Source: Carcharhinus longimanus (Eukaryota). Taken from it: a stretch of DNA of 64,000 nucleotides. Below, in pieces: positions 22,351-35,515 of the stretch. A program made the position numbers and the translations under genes. The stretch lies in the NCBI GenBank assembly GCA_030264375.1, contig JASCQW010000122.1:47111408-47175407 (forward strand), given 5' to 3'. The notes beneath the pieces are model-generated. The model was not told where the DNA came from. It searched no databases and was given only the letters and a program-made list of their open reading frames with translations. How positions within the stretch are numbered: the first letter of the stretch is position 1; each line of letters begins with the position of its first letter.

Positions 22351-24295
22351 GTTCACATTTCCGATGATCAGGCCTCTCTTATATGTATTGCAAAGAAAAT
22401 AAATTTAAAAACCACAAATCAGCCCCTTCTCCTTGGCTAAGATTTAATTCAACCATGACTGACAAGATGAAATTCTTTCCGATCTGACAGCTGTTACAGG
22501 TCCGAATGAAATGACTTTGGGCCAATCCCTCTTGGCTATGGAAGCAATTGACGGCCAACAGCTGGAAGCATTTTATTAATCAAACACACTGAGTCCCTTC
22601 TTATACCTGGAATGGACAAGATATTGAGAAACTATTCCTCCGACTGTTAGAGCAAATATGTGAACAGATAACATGTGCATACTATGATGTAAATTTGCCA
22701 CAATGAATTAAACAGAAGACCATGTCCTCTACACTTTGCCCATCACATTCACGCTGTATTTAAAAAACACATTTTGACAAAAAAATTGGGAATGTTTATC
22801 TGCACTGTTCTGATTTTTCAACATCGCACCGGCATTTATATTTATCACTAAATGAATGTTTACATGAGTTTTACACCTTTACTNNNNNNNNNNTGATGTG
22901 AACACAAAAGAGGATCACTGGATGAACTTAAAACACAGCTGTCAAGATTATCATTTAAGAGAGCACAACATAAACAAGATATTTCCACTCTCATTTCCCC
23001 ACACAATTAATAATCTTGATCCAAATTCAAAGCACTAAACCTCAATATATTCAACAGAGTGCAAAAGCAAGATTTCTAATTATCCTCCAATGATACTCAA
23101 AGTCCTATGATGCCCTTTTGCCTCCCTCATTAAAGCCTTTACATTCTTGCCCATTTCCCCTGGTGTGGTTCGCAGTGAGTCAGAGGACATGGTCCATTAC
23201 TCGAAGTGCCAAGACATTCTGACCTCTTCATTTCGCTCTCGTCAACATCATGGTCTCCCTTCAGCAACTTCTGTGCTGTTCCCTAGTTTGCTGTGCTGAC
23301 TCACCTGAATACTGCCTTCGCTCTCAGTAAGTCAACTCTGACATCTTTGTTCTCACACCCCTGAATACTACCATACTTTGTGAACACAATGCTGTGCCAC
23401 TCAACAATGCTGTGCGTTTCCCCTCAAAAGTCCCAGGACAAAGAGATGGCAAAGTGTCAGATTCTGATTGAAAACTGGCATGTGTCTCACCAGAAACACA
23501 GCCAGGGTTTCACTTCAGACCTCCTACCACATTGTGGGAAAAAAAGCAAGGGGGTGGGTTTTACACCATCATTCTGGCTGGGCTGAGCCCGATAGTGCCA
23601 GCAAACCAGGAACAGCAGCCTGATCTCAAATTCAAAGTTAAGGTTCCTCTGGCTCAGGCACCTGCCCCATACAATGCCAAGTTGGCAATGCCAGTGTGCC
23701 AGGAGACCATGGTCCTCACTACCCAGCATGGTCATCACAACTGTTTTCTGTTTTTGCAAACCAGCAGTGATTCCCGCCAGCGGTGGGAGGTACATCTGAC
23801 CACACTGGAAGCTGCAACATTAAGTCTTTTAAGAAGTTAAATCTATTAAATTAGGTCAACAGTGGGAGGGTGGGGGGGGATCTCAAATTGAGATCTTGTT
23901 GCTTTAAATCCCATTAACTCTCACAAGAAGTAGCGGCAATAACGGGATATGTGCTCATGGCGAACAGACTCAGAGAATTTTGCCTCCAATCTCCCAGACA
24001 CCTGAGATCACATCTGACACAACATCCCCCAAACACACTCAGGTTTTGTGAAATGATTTTTAAAAAGCAGTGAAAGACATGGTCCATTAGAAATATAAAA
24101 ATCACCATTTGTCAAAATAGAGTGACAGAGGAATCTATATTTACCTAACTTTATTCTTCAGCAAAATAAAGGAATCACAGCATGTAATGTAATTGAATTA
24201 AATATCGTTCTTCTGAGAAGAAGTAAGAAAAGCTAGATTTTAAAGAATCAAAAGTTTTATAGAAAGGAGAAAGCAGGCAGTGTGGACAGGCTAAA

Positions 24296-24593
24296 GTGGC
24301 ACAGTGGTTAGCACTGCTGCCTCACAGCGTCAGGGAGCCGGGTTCAATTCACAGCTTGGGTCGCTGTCTGTGTGGAGTCTGCATGCTCTCCCCATGTCTG
24401 CGCAGGTTTCCTCCGGGTGCTCCGGTTCCCTCCTACAGACTGAAAGACATGTTGCTTAGGTTCACTGGTCGTGTTAAATTCTCCCTTAGCGTATCCGAAC
24501 AGGCGCCGGTCCGTGGCAACTAGAGGATTTTCACAGTAACTTCATTGCAGTGATTGTGTATGCCTAATTGTGACACGAGTAAAATAAACTTAA
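24296..24593 (+). mobile_element. V-SINE, alternative-tail subfamily
   Basis: Head, V-domain and tail TTTTCACAGTAACTTCATTGCAGTG..TTGTGACACGAGTAAAATAAAC. Confidence 0.88.
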
Positions 24594-24724
24594 AGAGCTT
24601 ATCCATTTCTGGAAGGTGAGCAAAGAGACTGGTGGAGAGCAACAAAAGTAACGAAACTAAATTAACTGGCAGTGCAGGATGTATTCAGAGATGTTTCCCG
24701 GGGGAAAAAACAGAACGGTGTCTA

Positions 24725-26097
24725 TGATGTGGGATTTTGCATTTCCACTCAGCCGAGACCAGAGCCTGGGATCATGAGAAGGAATTGCTGCTCACCTTAC
24801 AATAGAAAATCTGACTAAGGGACCACTTTCCAACTCGAAGGTAGTGGTGGACACAACAATTGTTGAGAGATTTAAATGATAGGAAATCCAAAAAGTGATA
24901 TTGTGGCATTTCTCTTGACATTCAGGGGATTGTACTTTGCAACCTTGGGGGTGGTTCTCCCAGAGACATAAGGAGAGACATAAGCAGTGGCTGTGTCGCG
25001 GACTGCACACTGCCAATGTGCATCTCCAGCCACTGAATTACCAGCGTTGTCAGCCCCAGGCCAGAAATCGGCACGGAGCTGAATAAATTATTTAAATCTT
25101 GATTTAAATATCATTAGCAGACCCAAGGCTGAAGTCTCTGGGCCTGCTAGCCTCACTGCTCAGCCCCCACCAGAAGTGTTTCAATCCAATGGGTTTTACA
25201 ACACCTCCTCACTAACGGGGAGCTGGTGGCCCAACCCCACTGGAGTGAAGGTGTNNNNNNNNNNNNNNNNNNNNNNNNNNNNNNNNNNNNNNNNNNNNNN
25301 NNNNNNNNNNNNNNNNNNNNNNNNNNNNNNNNNNNNNNNNNNNNNNNNNNNNNNGGAGCTGGTGGCCCAACCCCACTGGAGTGAAGGTGTGGAGGGGGGG
25401 GGCGCGGGGGGGGCGCGGGGGGGGGGCGGTGCAACCATAGAGGCCCCCAAGAGAGTCAGGAGTTAGGGGGATGCCCCCGGCATTGCTCACCGAGCATTGG
25501 AAAAGGGCCAAGGGGAGAGGCCCAGAGGGAGGTCGGGCCGAATGAGGATAGGGTCCTATGGAGGGGGATTGGGGGGCAATGGGGGAGAGGTCGGTGAGGT
25601 GGGGGTCCCACTGCCAGGCTACACTTTGGATAAATGACAGAGGGAGCAACGTCAAGAGATTGGGGCTGGCCATTGGAGTGGGAGGTGGTCGGGGCTGCAG
25701 GGTGGGTGGGGGTGGGCAGGGAAATCAAGGTGGGCTGGGGGAGGCAGTTTAGGGCTGGCCCGTGAGGCCAGTAATCGGGGGACGTCATACAGCCAGCGTT
25801 GCAGGGTTGTGGGGCTGGCCAGCAATCGGGAGATTGTCAGCGCGGGGCAAGTGCCAATTTCCACGATGACAGATCGCCATATGCACAGTGGCCAACTAAG
25901 CACTTTGCTGCTGGCCTCTCCAGCAGGAATAGGCCCCGTCCCCAGGTTTTCATCGCGATTCATGCCAGGGCTGTGTGTGATACACAGTGTGTGGGAAGAT
26001 TCATCTTGAAACTCCTGTTGGAAAAAGCAGCGGGACTTAGTTCAATTTTTAAGCAAATTCAGCACTTAGAATTTTTTTTTGGGACAATTCCACCCCT
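24725..26097. mobile_element. Long GC-rich non-autonomous inverted-repeat element (contains a gap)
   Basis: G-rich island. Right end AGCACTTAGAATTTTTTTTTGGGACAATTCCACCC; left end GTGGGATTTT. Appears related to 2410-3192 in the opposite orientation. Confidence 0.45.
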
Positions 26098-26530
26098 TGT
26101 CCTTGAAAACTATACAACTCCACTTACTGCAGTTAAGTGATATCCCTTACATTTACAAATCTAAGGATAAACAGAAAAACAGACTTACAGGTGCACAGAT
26201 GGAGGTAGATATCTGTCATTTAGCAGTAATTAAAAGGGGAAATGAATTTTGCTGCAATTGCAGCAATCATGCACTCGAATGGAAATTGGAAATGGCAGAA
26301 CCACAATGGGTTTGCTGAAGTTTAACAGCAGAGGTGTCCTTTAATTCTGGTTGATGGTGTGGGGGAAGCCTGATAACCTTCAATATGGTGAAGGGCAGGG
26401 CATGCCAAGTCTGGCAACGCTGCCTTGTGACATTCGAATGGAACAGTACATGCAGTGTCTTATAGCTGGATTTCTGAAGCTTATCTCTGCTTTTATTCTC
26501 ATATGCAGCCGAGTGAAATATAATCATATA

Positions 26531-26857
26531 TCATAGAAATCCTACAGTGCAGAAAGAAACCCTTTGGCCCATCGAGTCTGCACCGACCACCATGCCACCC
26601 AGGCCCCACTCCCCTATCCCTACACAGTTACCTGCTAATCCCTCTCACCTATGCATCTCAGGACACAAACGGGCAATTTTAGCATGGTCAATCAACCTAA
26701 CCCGCACGTTTTTGGACAGTGGGAGGAAACTGGAGGAAACCCACGCAGACATGAGGAGAATGTGCAAACTCCACACAGGCAGTGACCCAAGCCGGGAATC
26801 GAACCCAGCTTCCTGGAGCTGTGAGGCAGCAGTGCTAACCACTGTGCTACGCTGCCC
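26531..26857 (-). mobile_element. HE1-type V-SINE
   Basis: Reverse complement of head, V-domain and tail. Confidence 0.92.
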
Positions 26858-27539
26858 CCCCCAAATATGTCAACATTCTAGTTACAAAATTAAGGTTGAT
26901 AACTTGATCTTTAAATTTTCACCATTTTTTAAATTCAAAAGCTGTTTTTGTTAAAATAATCATCAGAGAAATTAAATTAAGTCATAATGAGCAAAGACAT
27001 TGGTCACAAGAGGTGCTCAAACTATGGGATGGGGTTGTTGGTGGTCGCGGCGGGAGGTTGTGGGAAGATGAGAGGAGACTGGGGACTTTCCCAGCTTCCT
27101 TGCGTGCAGGGAGTTAAACCGCTCAGAAATTGACTTTGGCTTGGGATCCTGCAGACTTTCCATCCTTCTGTGGGTTTCCCTGAGCTATGTTACCAGATCA
27201 GCACAGAATTCCTTACATCTGGCAGGAAACCAATTAAGGTAATTGAAAGGACAATAATGTGTTTTTTAAAATCCTGAATTGTGACTTTTCCAGCCAGGTT
27301 ACCGGTTTCCAGATCAGCAGCAGGATCACCAAGGTGAGTTCACAGCAGGAAAATGCATCTTTAGTGAAACTGACAAACTGGGAAGACTTCATCCAGCGAA
27401 ATGGAAGAGCTCCTGCCTTGAGTCAGAGAGAAAGCTGTGCAAAACACTGTTTCACTTGTACAGTGACTATTGCCAGATGATTGCCCACTTCTTCAAAGGC
27501 AGTCCAATGCTCAGCATCTCACTCACCTTCAGTTGCAAT

Positions 27540-27868
27540 TAGAATCATTGAGTCCCTACAGCGCAGAAGGAAACTATTTGGCCCAAGTAGTAGGCACCAA
27601 CTCTCCAACCGAGTATCTTACTCAGGCCCCATCCCCATAATCCACATATTTAACCCCCTAACCCATACATTTTGGGACACCATAGGGGCAATTTAGCATG
27701 GCAAATCCACTTAATCTATACATCGTCAGACTGTGGGAGGAAACCAGAGCATCAGAAAGAAACCCACGCAGGCATGGGGAGAACATCCACATAGACAGTC
27801 ACCAAAGGTCGGATAATTGAACCCAAGTCCCTGGCACTGCGAGGTGCCAGGTAACCACTGTGCTGCCC
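27540..27868 (-). mobile_element. HE1-type V-SINE, diverged
   Basis: Reverse complement of head, V-domain and tail. Confidence 0.85.
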
Positions 27869-28869
27869 CAATTCCTTGCTGCCAGCCTTCACCAATATGC
27901 AAGAAGCTGATGCAGTTTCCAGACAAGTCTAGGACAGAACTCTACCGATACTTTACCGAACTCCTCTAATAGCATTCCGTATAGTACTTCCTTGCACTCT
28001 GCAGCAGTAAGAAGTAAAATCAAAAGCAGCTCATCTAGAAATCCCATCATACTGTCCTTAAATAGTGCAAATGGCAATGGTACATGTTCAACTGGGAGTG
28101 GTTAAGAAAGGTCATTAGCAGGATCCGTAAGTCAAAATGACTTCTACTCAAGCAGCCTTAGATGTCCTCCCATCTGCCAATTCTGCACGCTTCCAGTGTG
28201 TGCATAACACAAGCTTGAGCTTTTGCAATCGTATTGCCCTGCGCAAGTTGCACCAGGAATGGGCAGAAACAATACAGCCACCATTTTTGGAATTCCGGAG
28301 TAAATTTCCTGTCCCAGAAATTTCAATTGCTGAAGGAAATAGTGGATGAAGAGGAGTTCTGGAAGAATTCATTCCAGTCCATCCTCCACCAGATGGATCA
28401 TTCGTGTACTATGTGATTATGTTTAAAAATTCCTGGATGAACGCCCAGAGACACACTTTTTTCCCATGTTGAGAAAAAATACTAATGGATTCTGCCTGTA
28501 TTGCATTAATTAAGGTGATTGAGCATTGAATACTGAGGAATCTAAATGGAATTTTCAGTTTCATAAGATAAATCTGCATCTGAGAACAAAGAAAAGTTAC
28601 ATGAAGATTAACATAGAGAAATGCAATAAAGAAAACATTTTAGAAATGTTAACGGTTGAAATGGAGAGCACATAATTGAAAAAATAAATAAGCATTATTA
28701 CAACTTACTGTAACAAATTCAAGTGCAATGATCTGTGAACTTTCTTCATGATCTTCTGGATTTCCATCACAATACTTCACTATAATAATTAGAACTCTTG
28801 GATAATACATCTAATAAACAAATAAGCCTCGAGAACCTCCAACCTCATCTAAATTACAGATTTCAAATA

Positions 28870-29460
28870 ACAGTTATTAACGAAGAGAAGGAAATGCTGG
28901 CCCCCATCCAACCTTCATTCCATAACTACTAACTCCATCTCTCTGACAACAGTCTAATATTAGGCCTGTCTGTTCATAACCTTGGTGCCACATCCGATCC
29001 CAAAATGATTTTCAACCTCATCATTACGCCATTACTAAGATTGCTTGTTTGCACCTCCAGAACACCACCAGATTTCATCCTCTCTCGATGCTGCTGAAAC
29101 CTTCAGTCAAGCCTCTGTTAGCTTTACACCTGACTATTCCACCGCACTCATGACTGGTCTTTCACATTCGACCCTCTGTCAATGGAACTCATCCAAGACT
29201 CTGCTGCTCACGTCTTAACTCACAGCAAGTCCTCTTCCGCTATCATTGCTTTGCTTATTGACCGATGTTGGCTCCTGGACAAGCAACGTCTTCATTTTAA
29301 AATTCTCATCTTTTGCTTAACAACTGGAGATATTGGCACTCCACTAATGGTGACCTCTTCTGCCTCTCCAAACCTAATGCCTCCACCTTTGGTGGCAATG
29401 CCTAGGCATCAAACACTGGAATACCCTTCCACAACATTACTGCCTCTCTCTACCAATTAA
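28870..29460 (+). mobile_element. L2-clade LINE ORF2 C-terminal remnant
   Basis: SVHNLGA..DP.M.F.PH, ITKIACLHL.N, ELIQDSAAHVLT, CWLL..QRLHFKIL. Confidence 0.75.
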
Positions 29461-29497
29461 TGTCCCTTCCTTTCCCAGAGTCAAGACAAACTACATA

Positions 29498-29618
29498 AAG
29501 GCAAAAAGTTACAGGGGATGCTGGGATCTGAAACAAAAATAGAAAATGCTGGAAATCCTCAGCAGTGGAGAGAGAAAAGAGCCAACGTTTTGAGTCAGGA
29601 TGATCCTTAGTCAGAAGT
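29498..29618 (-). mobile_element. Short Penelope-type repeat with decayed hammerhead motif
   Basis: Reverse strand reads CTGACTA-A-GGATCatcctGACTC-AAAACGTT-GGCT. Confidence 0.62.
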
Positions 29619-30224
29619 GACTACATGTTGAATTCCCTTTAGAAAGTCACTGTTGAACCTGCCTCTCCCAGCTTCTCAGGAAACACTTTCCAGCTCTTCA
29701 GAACTCTGCAAAGTATTCACAGGATTCTGAAATGGCAGTGTAAAATTCCAGCTTTTCTCTTAACTTTCTAAACTTTTAGAGCCCTTTGATCAATTACAAT
29801 CATATTGGAAGCCATATCAAAGGCTTAAACACATGCTTTAATGCTTAAAATATATATTACCATACACCAAACACCTTTCAAAAAGACATGTCAAAAATTC
29901 CTGACCTCAGACAATGGATTTCATGACTCCTTTGAGGAGCAATCCTGCAGAAGCTGGCCTGACTCCATCAAAGTTATTGTGGTTTTAAATGCCCCCCACC
30001 ATGATGGAGCTGGCAAAGACAGGAGCACTGTGTGCGGGAGTCACGATGTGCATTCCATTCCCACACCAGCAAAAGTTGCCCGAAATGGGAACAGTGGTGA
30101 GAATCCCACACGCTAATCCCACCCACACTTTTTAAACCCTTCAATTCTAAAACACGCTTAGACATGAAAACATAGGGCTTTATGAGAAAACATTAACTTT
30201 TCAAAAACTGCCAGAGTCTTTTCC

Positions 30225-30400
30225 ACCCACCTGAACAGACCTGGCTTTAAACATCTCATCAGAACAATAACAACTAAATAAAGGCAGCAACCAACCCCTC
30301 AGCAATGCACTTGAATAGTTAGCTTAGATCAGGTGTTAAATCCTGGAGGGAGGCTTCAACCCAGATTCTTTGGTCACGTGAAGCACAAGTGTTACGAACT
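30225..30400 (-). mobile_element. Ancient Deu-domain (SacSINE1-like) SINE, 5' part
   Basis: Reverse strand ends ..GATGAGATGTTTAAAGCCAGGTCTGTTCAGGTGGG, resembling the Deu-domain start, after a decayed tRNA-like head. Confidence 0.45.
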
Positions 30401-31619
30401 GTTTCATGTAAACTCTTCACAATTTGCAAAGTCATAGAGATGCAAAAGGTAACAAAACCATGTGTTAGGGAAGAATGACTGAGGTCCCATCGACGTTCTT
30501 CCCATTCTACTGGAGCAAAGATCTACATCTTTCAGTGCAAATTTTAAAACTGTATTCTGCCATTAAGCAATGCCAGGATCTGACCAATTATTCTAATCAA
30601 AAGCACACATTTACACAAGACATTAATAGTGAAAAATGCCACGTTAAAACCTTTCAACTGAAATGTATAAAGTAAGGAAAACTTGCATTTCACCATGATT
30701 GCCTCTGTATCTAGAATGCTTTTAGAGAGCTTTTGAACCAGATATTGACGAGCAGAAAACTAGCAGAGGCATTAAAGTTTTCTGCTGTGGCAGACAACAA
30801 AGATTCTCTGTTAGTGACAGCACAAAGGAAAGTTAAAAAGTTATGTTAGAAAGTGACTTTAACATTGCAAAATATCCCAAGGTGCTTCATAGGAACATTA
30901 TCAAGGGATTTTGAGACAGGTGAACAAAGGTTTGGTCAAAAAGTTAGGTGTGTTAGAGCAAGAAAGAGAGGTGGAAAAGTTTACCTTGGGAATTACAGAT
31001 CCTGGAGCTTAGGCTGAAGGAACAGCTCCCAATGGTGAAGCAATTAAAGTTAGGGGTGTACAAAAAGCCAAGAAGAAGTTGAGGGTTATAGAGCTGGAAG
31101 ATGTTACAGAAATAGGGAGGGAGCAGGGATTCAAAAACAANNNNNNNNNNNNNNNNNNNNNNNNNNNNNNNNNNNNNNNNNNNNNNNNNNNNNNNNNNNN
31201 NNNNNNNNNNNNNNNNNNNNNNNNNNNNNNNNNNNNNNNNACATATACAGACCGAGCCCTGCACCAGCCGGCAGTCACCCCGCCCTTTCCCCCCTCCCCC
31301 CCCCGGTGAACTCACCAGGTTCAGAGGGCTCTCCATAACGTCCATCGAGTTTCCTCCTCACTCGGCCGCATCCAGGAACCCGCGGTGGTGGTGGTGGTAA
31401 GGATGGGTAACTGCCCAAAATTGCCTTAGAATGGTCAGGTGAGGAGGGAAAAAAGGGATTCAACAATAGATGAGCAGAGACAGGGGGTGGAGTGAGATGA
31501 TGCTAGAGACATGGAAATAGGCAGTCTTTGTGATGGCACTGGTGTGTGGTTGGAAGTTGATCTTGAGGTGAAATAGAACACCAAGGTTGCCATTTAGCCC
31601 TGGAGAAAGAGATGGTGTC

Positions 31620-31909
31620 AAAGTTTAAAGTTAAAGTTAAAATTTATTTATTCGTCACAAGAAAGATTTACATTAACACTGCAATGAAGTTACTGTGAAA
31701 TTCCTCTCGTCACCACACTCTGGCGCCTGTTGGAGTCAATGAACCTAACCAGCACATCTTTCAGTATGCGTGAGGAAACTGAAGCATCTGGAGAAAACCT
31801 ACACAAACACGAGGAGAATGTGCAAACTCCACACGGACAGTGACCCAAGTGGGAATCGAACCCAGGTCTCTGGCGCTGTGAAGCAGCAGTGCTAATCACT
31901 GTGCCACCC
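31620..31909 (-). mobile_element. V-SINE, alternative-tail subfamily
   Basis: Reverse strand tail reads TTTCACAGTAACTTCATTGCAGTGTTAATGTAAATCTTTCTTGTGACGAATAAATAAA, followed by TTTAAC repeats. Confidence 0.88.
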
Positions 31910-32159
31910 ACACTGGCTAAGGATGGAATTTGTGGAAGGCATATGGCTATGGTCTCCCCAATAGTTAGTAGGAAGAAAGTGTTCCTGAAATACTGGATTA
32001 TTGGACAAGCAGCATGCTAATCTAGAGACAGTGAATAGGATCAGCGAGAGCGGATAGTATGGCAGATTATAATCCTAGTTCCTTTTTGGAACAATACTGG
32101 ACCTGGCAAACTTCTGAGATGATCACTCTCAATTTAAGGTAAGCTGGAATAGTTGCCCC

Positions 32160-32470
32160 TTACTCATTCTGTCCATGCTCCTCATGATCTCCCCTTGGTT
32201 TTCTCTGCCCCAACCTCTCGTCACAACTTATTTGTTCCATCCCAGGCAGCATCGTGGTGAATCTCCTCTGCACCAACTCCAGTGCAATCTCATCCTTCTG
32301 ACAGTGTGGCGACCAGAATGGCACACAGTAATCCAACTGTAGCTTTACAAAAGTTCTACACAACTCCAACATGACTTCCCTGCTTTTGTAATCTATGCCT
32401 CAATTGATAAAGGCAACTATCACATATGCCTTTTCACCACATTACTAACATGTCCTTCCTCTTTCAGATA
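32160..32470 (-). mobile_element. CR1 ORF2 C-terminal fragment
   Basis: MLELCRTFVKLQLDYCVPFWSPHCQKDEIALELVQRRFTTMLPGME. Confidence 0.88.
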
Positions 32471-32777
32471 TCTTGTAAGGGGATAAAAATTCCTCCTCAG
32501 TAATGTACCTCACCATCAAAGTGCACATGGAAATAGGGCTCACAAATTAGTGACACAGAAGACTATGTAAGACAATATAAATTCTAAACCATATAAAAAA
32601 GATTGCAAAAGAACCAAGCATTCAATTTACATTTTGGTGAAACAGTCAGCTGCAAGATTAATAGTTCCAGGGAAAGCTAGAAATTGCCAACCTATTTCCT
32701 GTGCAGAATTCAATTTTTAAATATGAATATTGTTACAGAAAAATATGTAAGCAGACTATTAATCAATTACGTAAGTA

Positions 32778-33401
32778 ACATCGCGAGAAGATTCAAGTAC
32801 AGGAGCAGGGATGTCTTGCTGCAATTATACAGGGCCTTCGTGTGACCACACCTGGAATATTGTGCGCAGTTTTTGTCTCCTTATACAAGGAAGGATGTTC
32901 TTGCTATAGGAAGAGTGCAAAGAAGGTTTACCAGACTGATTTTTGGGATGGCAGTATGATGAGAGATCAAATCAGTTGGGAGTATATTTGTTGGAGTTTA
33001 AAAGAATGAGGGGAGGGGGAAACTCAGAGAAACTATAAAAATTCTAACAGGACTAGAAAGGGTTGATCCAGGAAGGATGTTCCTGATGGTTAGGGTATCC
33101 AAAACCAGGGACCATAGTCTAACATAAGGGGTAAAACTTTTCAGTCTGAGATGAGAATTTATTCACCCAGAAACTGGTAAACATGTGGAATTCACTACCA
33201 CAGAAAGCAGCTGAGGCCAGGACATAGTACATTTTCAAGAAGGAGTTAGATATAGCTCTTGGGGTGAGGTGGTCAAAGGATATGGGGGTAGTAAGACGGA
33301 ATCAGGCTATTGAATTGGATCATCAGCCATGATCAAAATGAGTGGTGAAGCAGGCTTGAAGGGTCAAAAGGCCTTCTCCTGTTCCTATTTCCTGTGTTCT
33401 A
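32778..33401 (+). mobile_element. 5'-truncated CR1 LINE with 3' UTR and tail
   Basis: DVLLQLYRAFV.PHLEYCAQF.SPY.RKDVLAI, through to tail CCTTCTCCTGTTCCTATTTCCTGTGTTCTA. Confidence 0.9.
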
Positions 33402-33602
33402 TAAATTCCTGAGTAGAAACCTACAGAGTTAGTGAAATGCTTCTGTCCTAATTAAGGAGAGCAAAACCAATGCTGAGTCTAATAGTTATATCATAAGAGA
33501 TGCCAAAATGAATCCAGCATATCTAAAAGTCCAATGTGTACTTTCAATATTATACAGCTTTTGAACTGCATAACTGATTTCCAATGTATAGTTATTGTAA
33601 GG

Positions 33603-33825
33603 GTAAGATAAAGTTGTCATAGTCCCAGATGTCCATAGGCTGCCATATCCATTGAGGGGGAGAGTTGACTGGTGATGATTTAACCTGAGGATTGCCGTAC
33701 CTCAGGCAAGGAGCAGGGTTCTGAAGCCAGGTCTTCATGAATGACCTCAGCTAGTGTGTTAATTAAACCCACATCATTGGCATCACTCTGCAATACAAAC
33801 CAGTCATCCAGCCAACTGAGCTAAT
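33603..33825 (-). mobile_element. tRNA-derived SINE (third family), near full length
   Basis: Reverse strand reads TAGCTCAGTTGGCTGG (head) ... CTCAGGTTAAATCATCACCAGTCAACTCTCCCCC ... ATCTGGGACTATGACAACTTTA (tail). Confidence 0.65.
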
Positions 33826-35322
33826 TGACTCTTGTAAATGGATCTTTCGTTCCCAAATAAAGTTGCATCAATTGTTAATTGAGGAAAGGTCCTTCCCTCT
33901 TTGATTCCTGACGAAGTGACACTCGTGATGGTCATTTCTTTTTAATGATTCTTCTGATTCTGTTTGAAGATTAGAGGGTCAGTTATAATTTAGCTTGGAC
34001 TTAATTAGCTTTGCCAAAAATTCAGTTGACTATAGCTTAGGGCAATCAGCATAAAATCATCTTATCAAATAGTACACTGTGGTGGATTTCACAACAGTTT
34101 GCAGAACTATTTTATCAATGTTTTACCCTTTGCCAAGTTTTGTAACTTTAAGTGTGAATTCACCCTTATCAGAAATTACGCTAATGGTTTAAGATACAGT
34201 AAAATTTATCACTTAGGAGGGGTCTCATGGCCATTTAGTATGAGAGATAACATTCTTAACATTTTCGGAGAATTAATTCTTTTTTTTCAAGCCTTTATTT
34301 ATCGGAAAAGANNNNNNNNNNAAGGAACTACAAAAGTTCATGAATGTATCTCAATCCACCACACAAACTAACCTTGTAACCCCTCATTATGGCCAGATTC
34401 CTTCATAGCGGTGAGATTGAGCTGGGTCCTGTCAGCATTCATATGGAAACAGAAACTGGGATTTTGGATGTGTCGCCAAGGAGCTGGATATAGACACATA
34501 ATAGGAAGGGGGAAGGATGAATCCTCGGGGAACACCAGAAGAAAGCATGTGGAAGTGGGAAGAGACCATAATTCAGGCGAAGGTGATGGGTGACAACCTG
34601 ACCACTTAGGGAACAATATCCTCAAAGATATCATGTCTTAGGTGTTCCTATTCTCCCTTTGCATATTATCAATATTTTTATGTAGAGATTGAACGTATGC
34701 AAACTTTCTCCAAATGTTGGAGAAATTAACGTTGCTGACAGCACTGTCCATGGTTTAGAAGCCATTTGCTGAAATACTAATTTGATAAAATACCCTGGGC
34801 AAATGTTAATACATTCAAAATTATATTGCATTCCAGAGGGGAAATTACAAATATTATGCCATGAGCAGATTTACTGCCAGTTTTACAAGACCAGAGAAAA
34901 ATCATGGTTTACTATTTAATGCATAATGTTTGTTAATTTAATTATGTTGCATGTTTATTTTGAGCTGTGATTTGGATTAGACTCATTTCTATTTCATATC
35001 CTTGCTGCCAGCATTTAATTAAAAAAAAGGCAGGACTGTGGCTATTTCAAAGTTAGCACCAATAGGTATAAATGTCAATGATCCATATTTTGTCATTGGG
35101 ATATTTTCTATCTCCTTTGGTGGACAAACACTCAGCATTAGGCTCTGATTCCCACCATTTGGTCGTCATCTTTAGCCTTTACTCGTGTTGAAAACTTTGG
35201 AATTAGGAACCTTTGTGGGGATTTCATCATATTACTTGCTACATCCACAACACCTCAATATTGGTCACCTGACACATTGGGTAGCATTAAATTAAAAAAA
35301 AGGCAAAGGACTGTGGCAATTT

Positions 35323-35415
35323 CAAAGTTAGCACGAAACAAAGTTAGCACGAAACAAAGTTAGCACGAAACAAAGTTAGCACGAAACAAAGTTAGCACGA
35401 AACAAAGTTAGCACG
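35323..35415. repeat. 16-bp tandem repeat (CAAAGTTAGCACGAAA)n running into a gap
   Basis: Five identical units plus a 13-nt partial unit, with no spacers. Confidence 0.97.
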
Positions 35416-35515
35416 NNNNNNNNNNNNNNNNNNNNNNNNNNNNNNNNNNNNNNNNNNNNNNNNNNNNNNNNNNNNNNNNNNNNNNNNNNNNNNNNNNNNN
35501 NNNNNNNNNNNNNNN

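Noticed and set aside
25217-25390. Direct repeat flanking a 100-N gap
   Set aside because: Identical sequence on both gap edges is most likely unmerged contig overlap.
35323-35415. CRISPR-like array
   Set aside because: Units are contiguous 16-mers with no spacers, in eukaryotic DNA.
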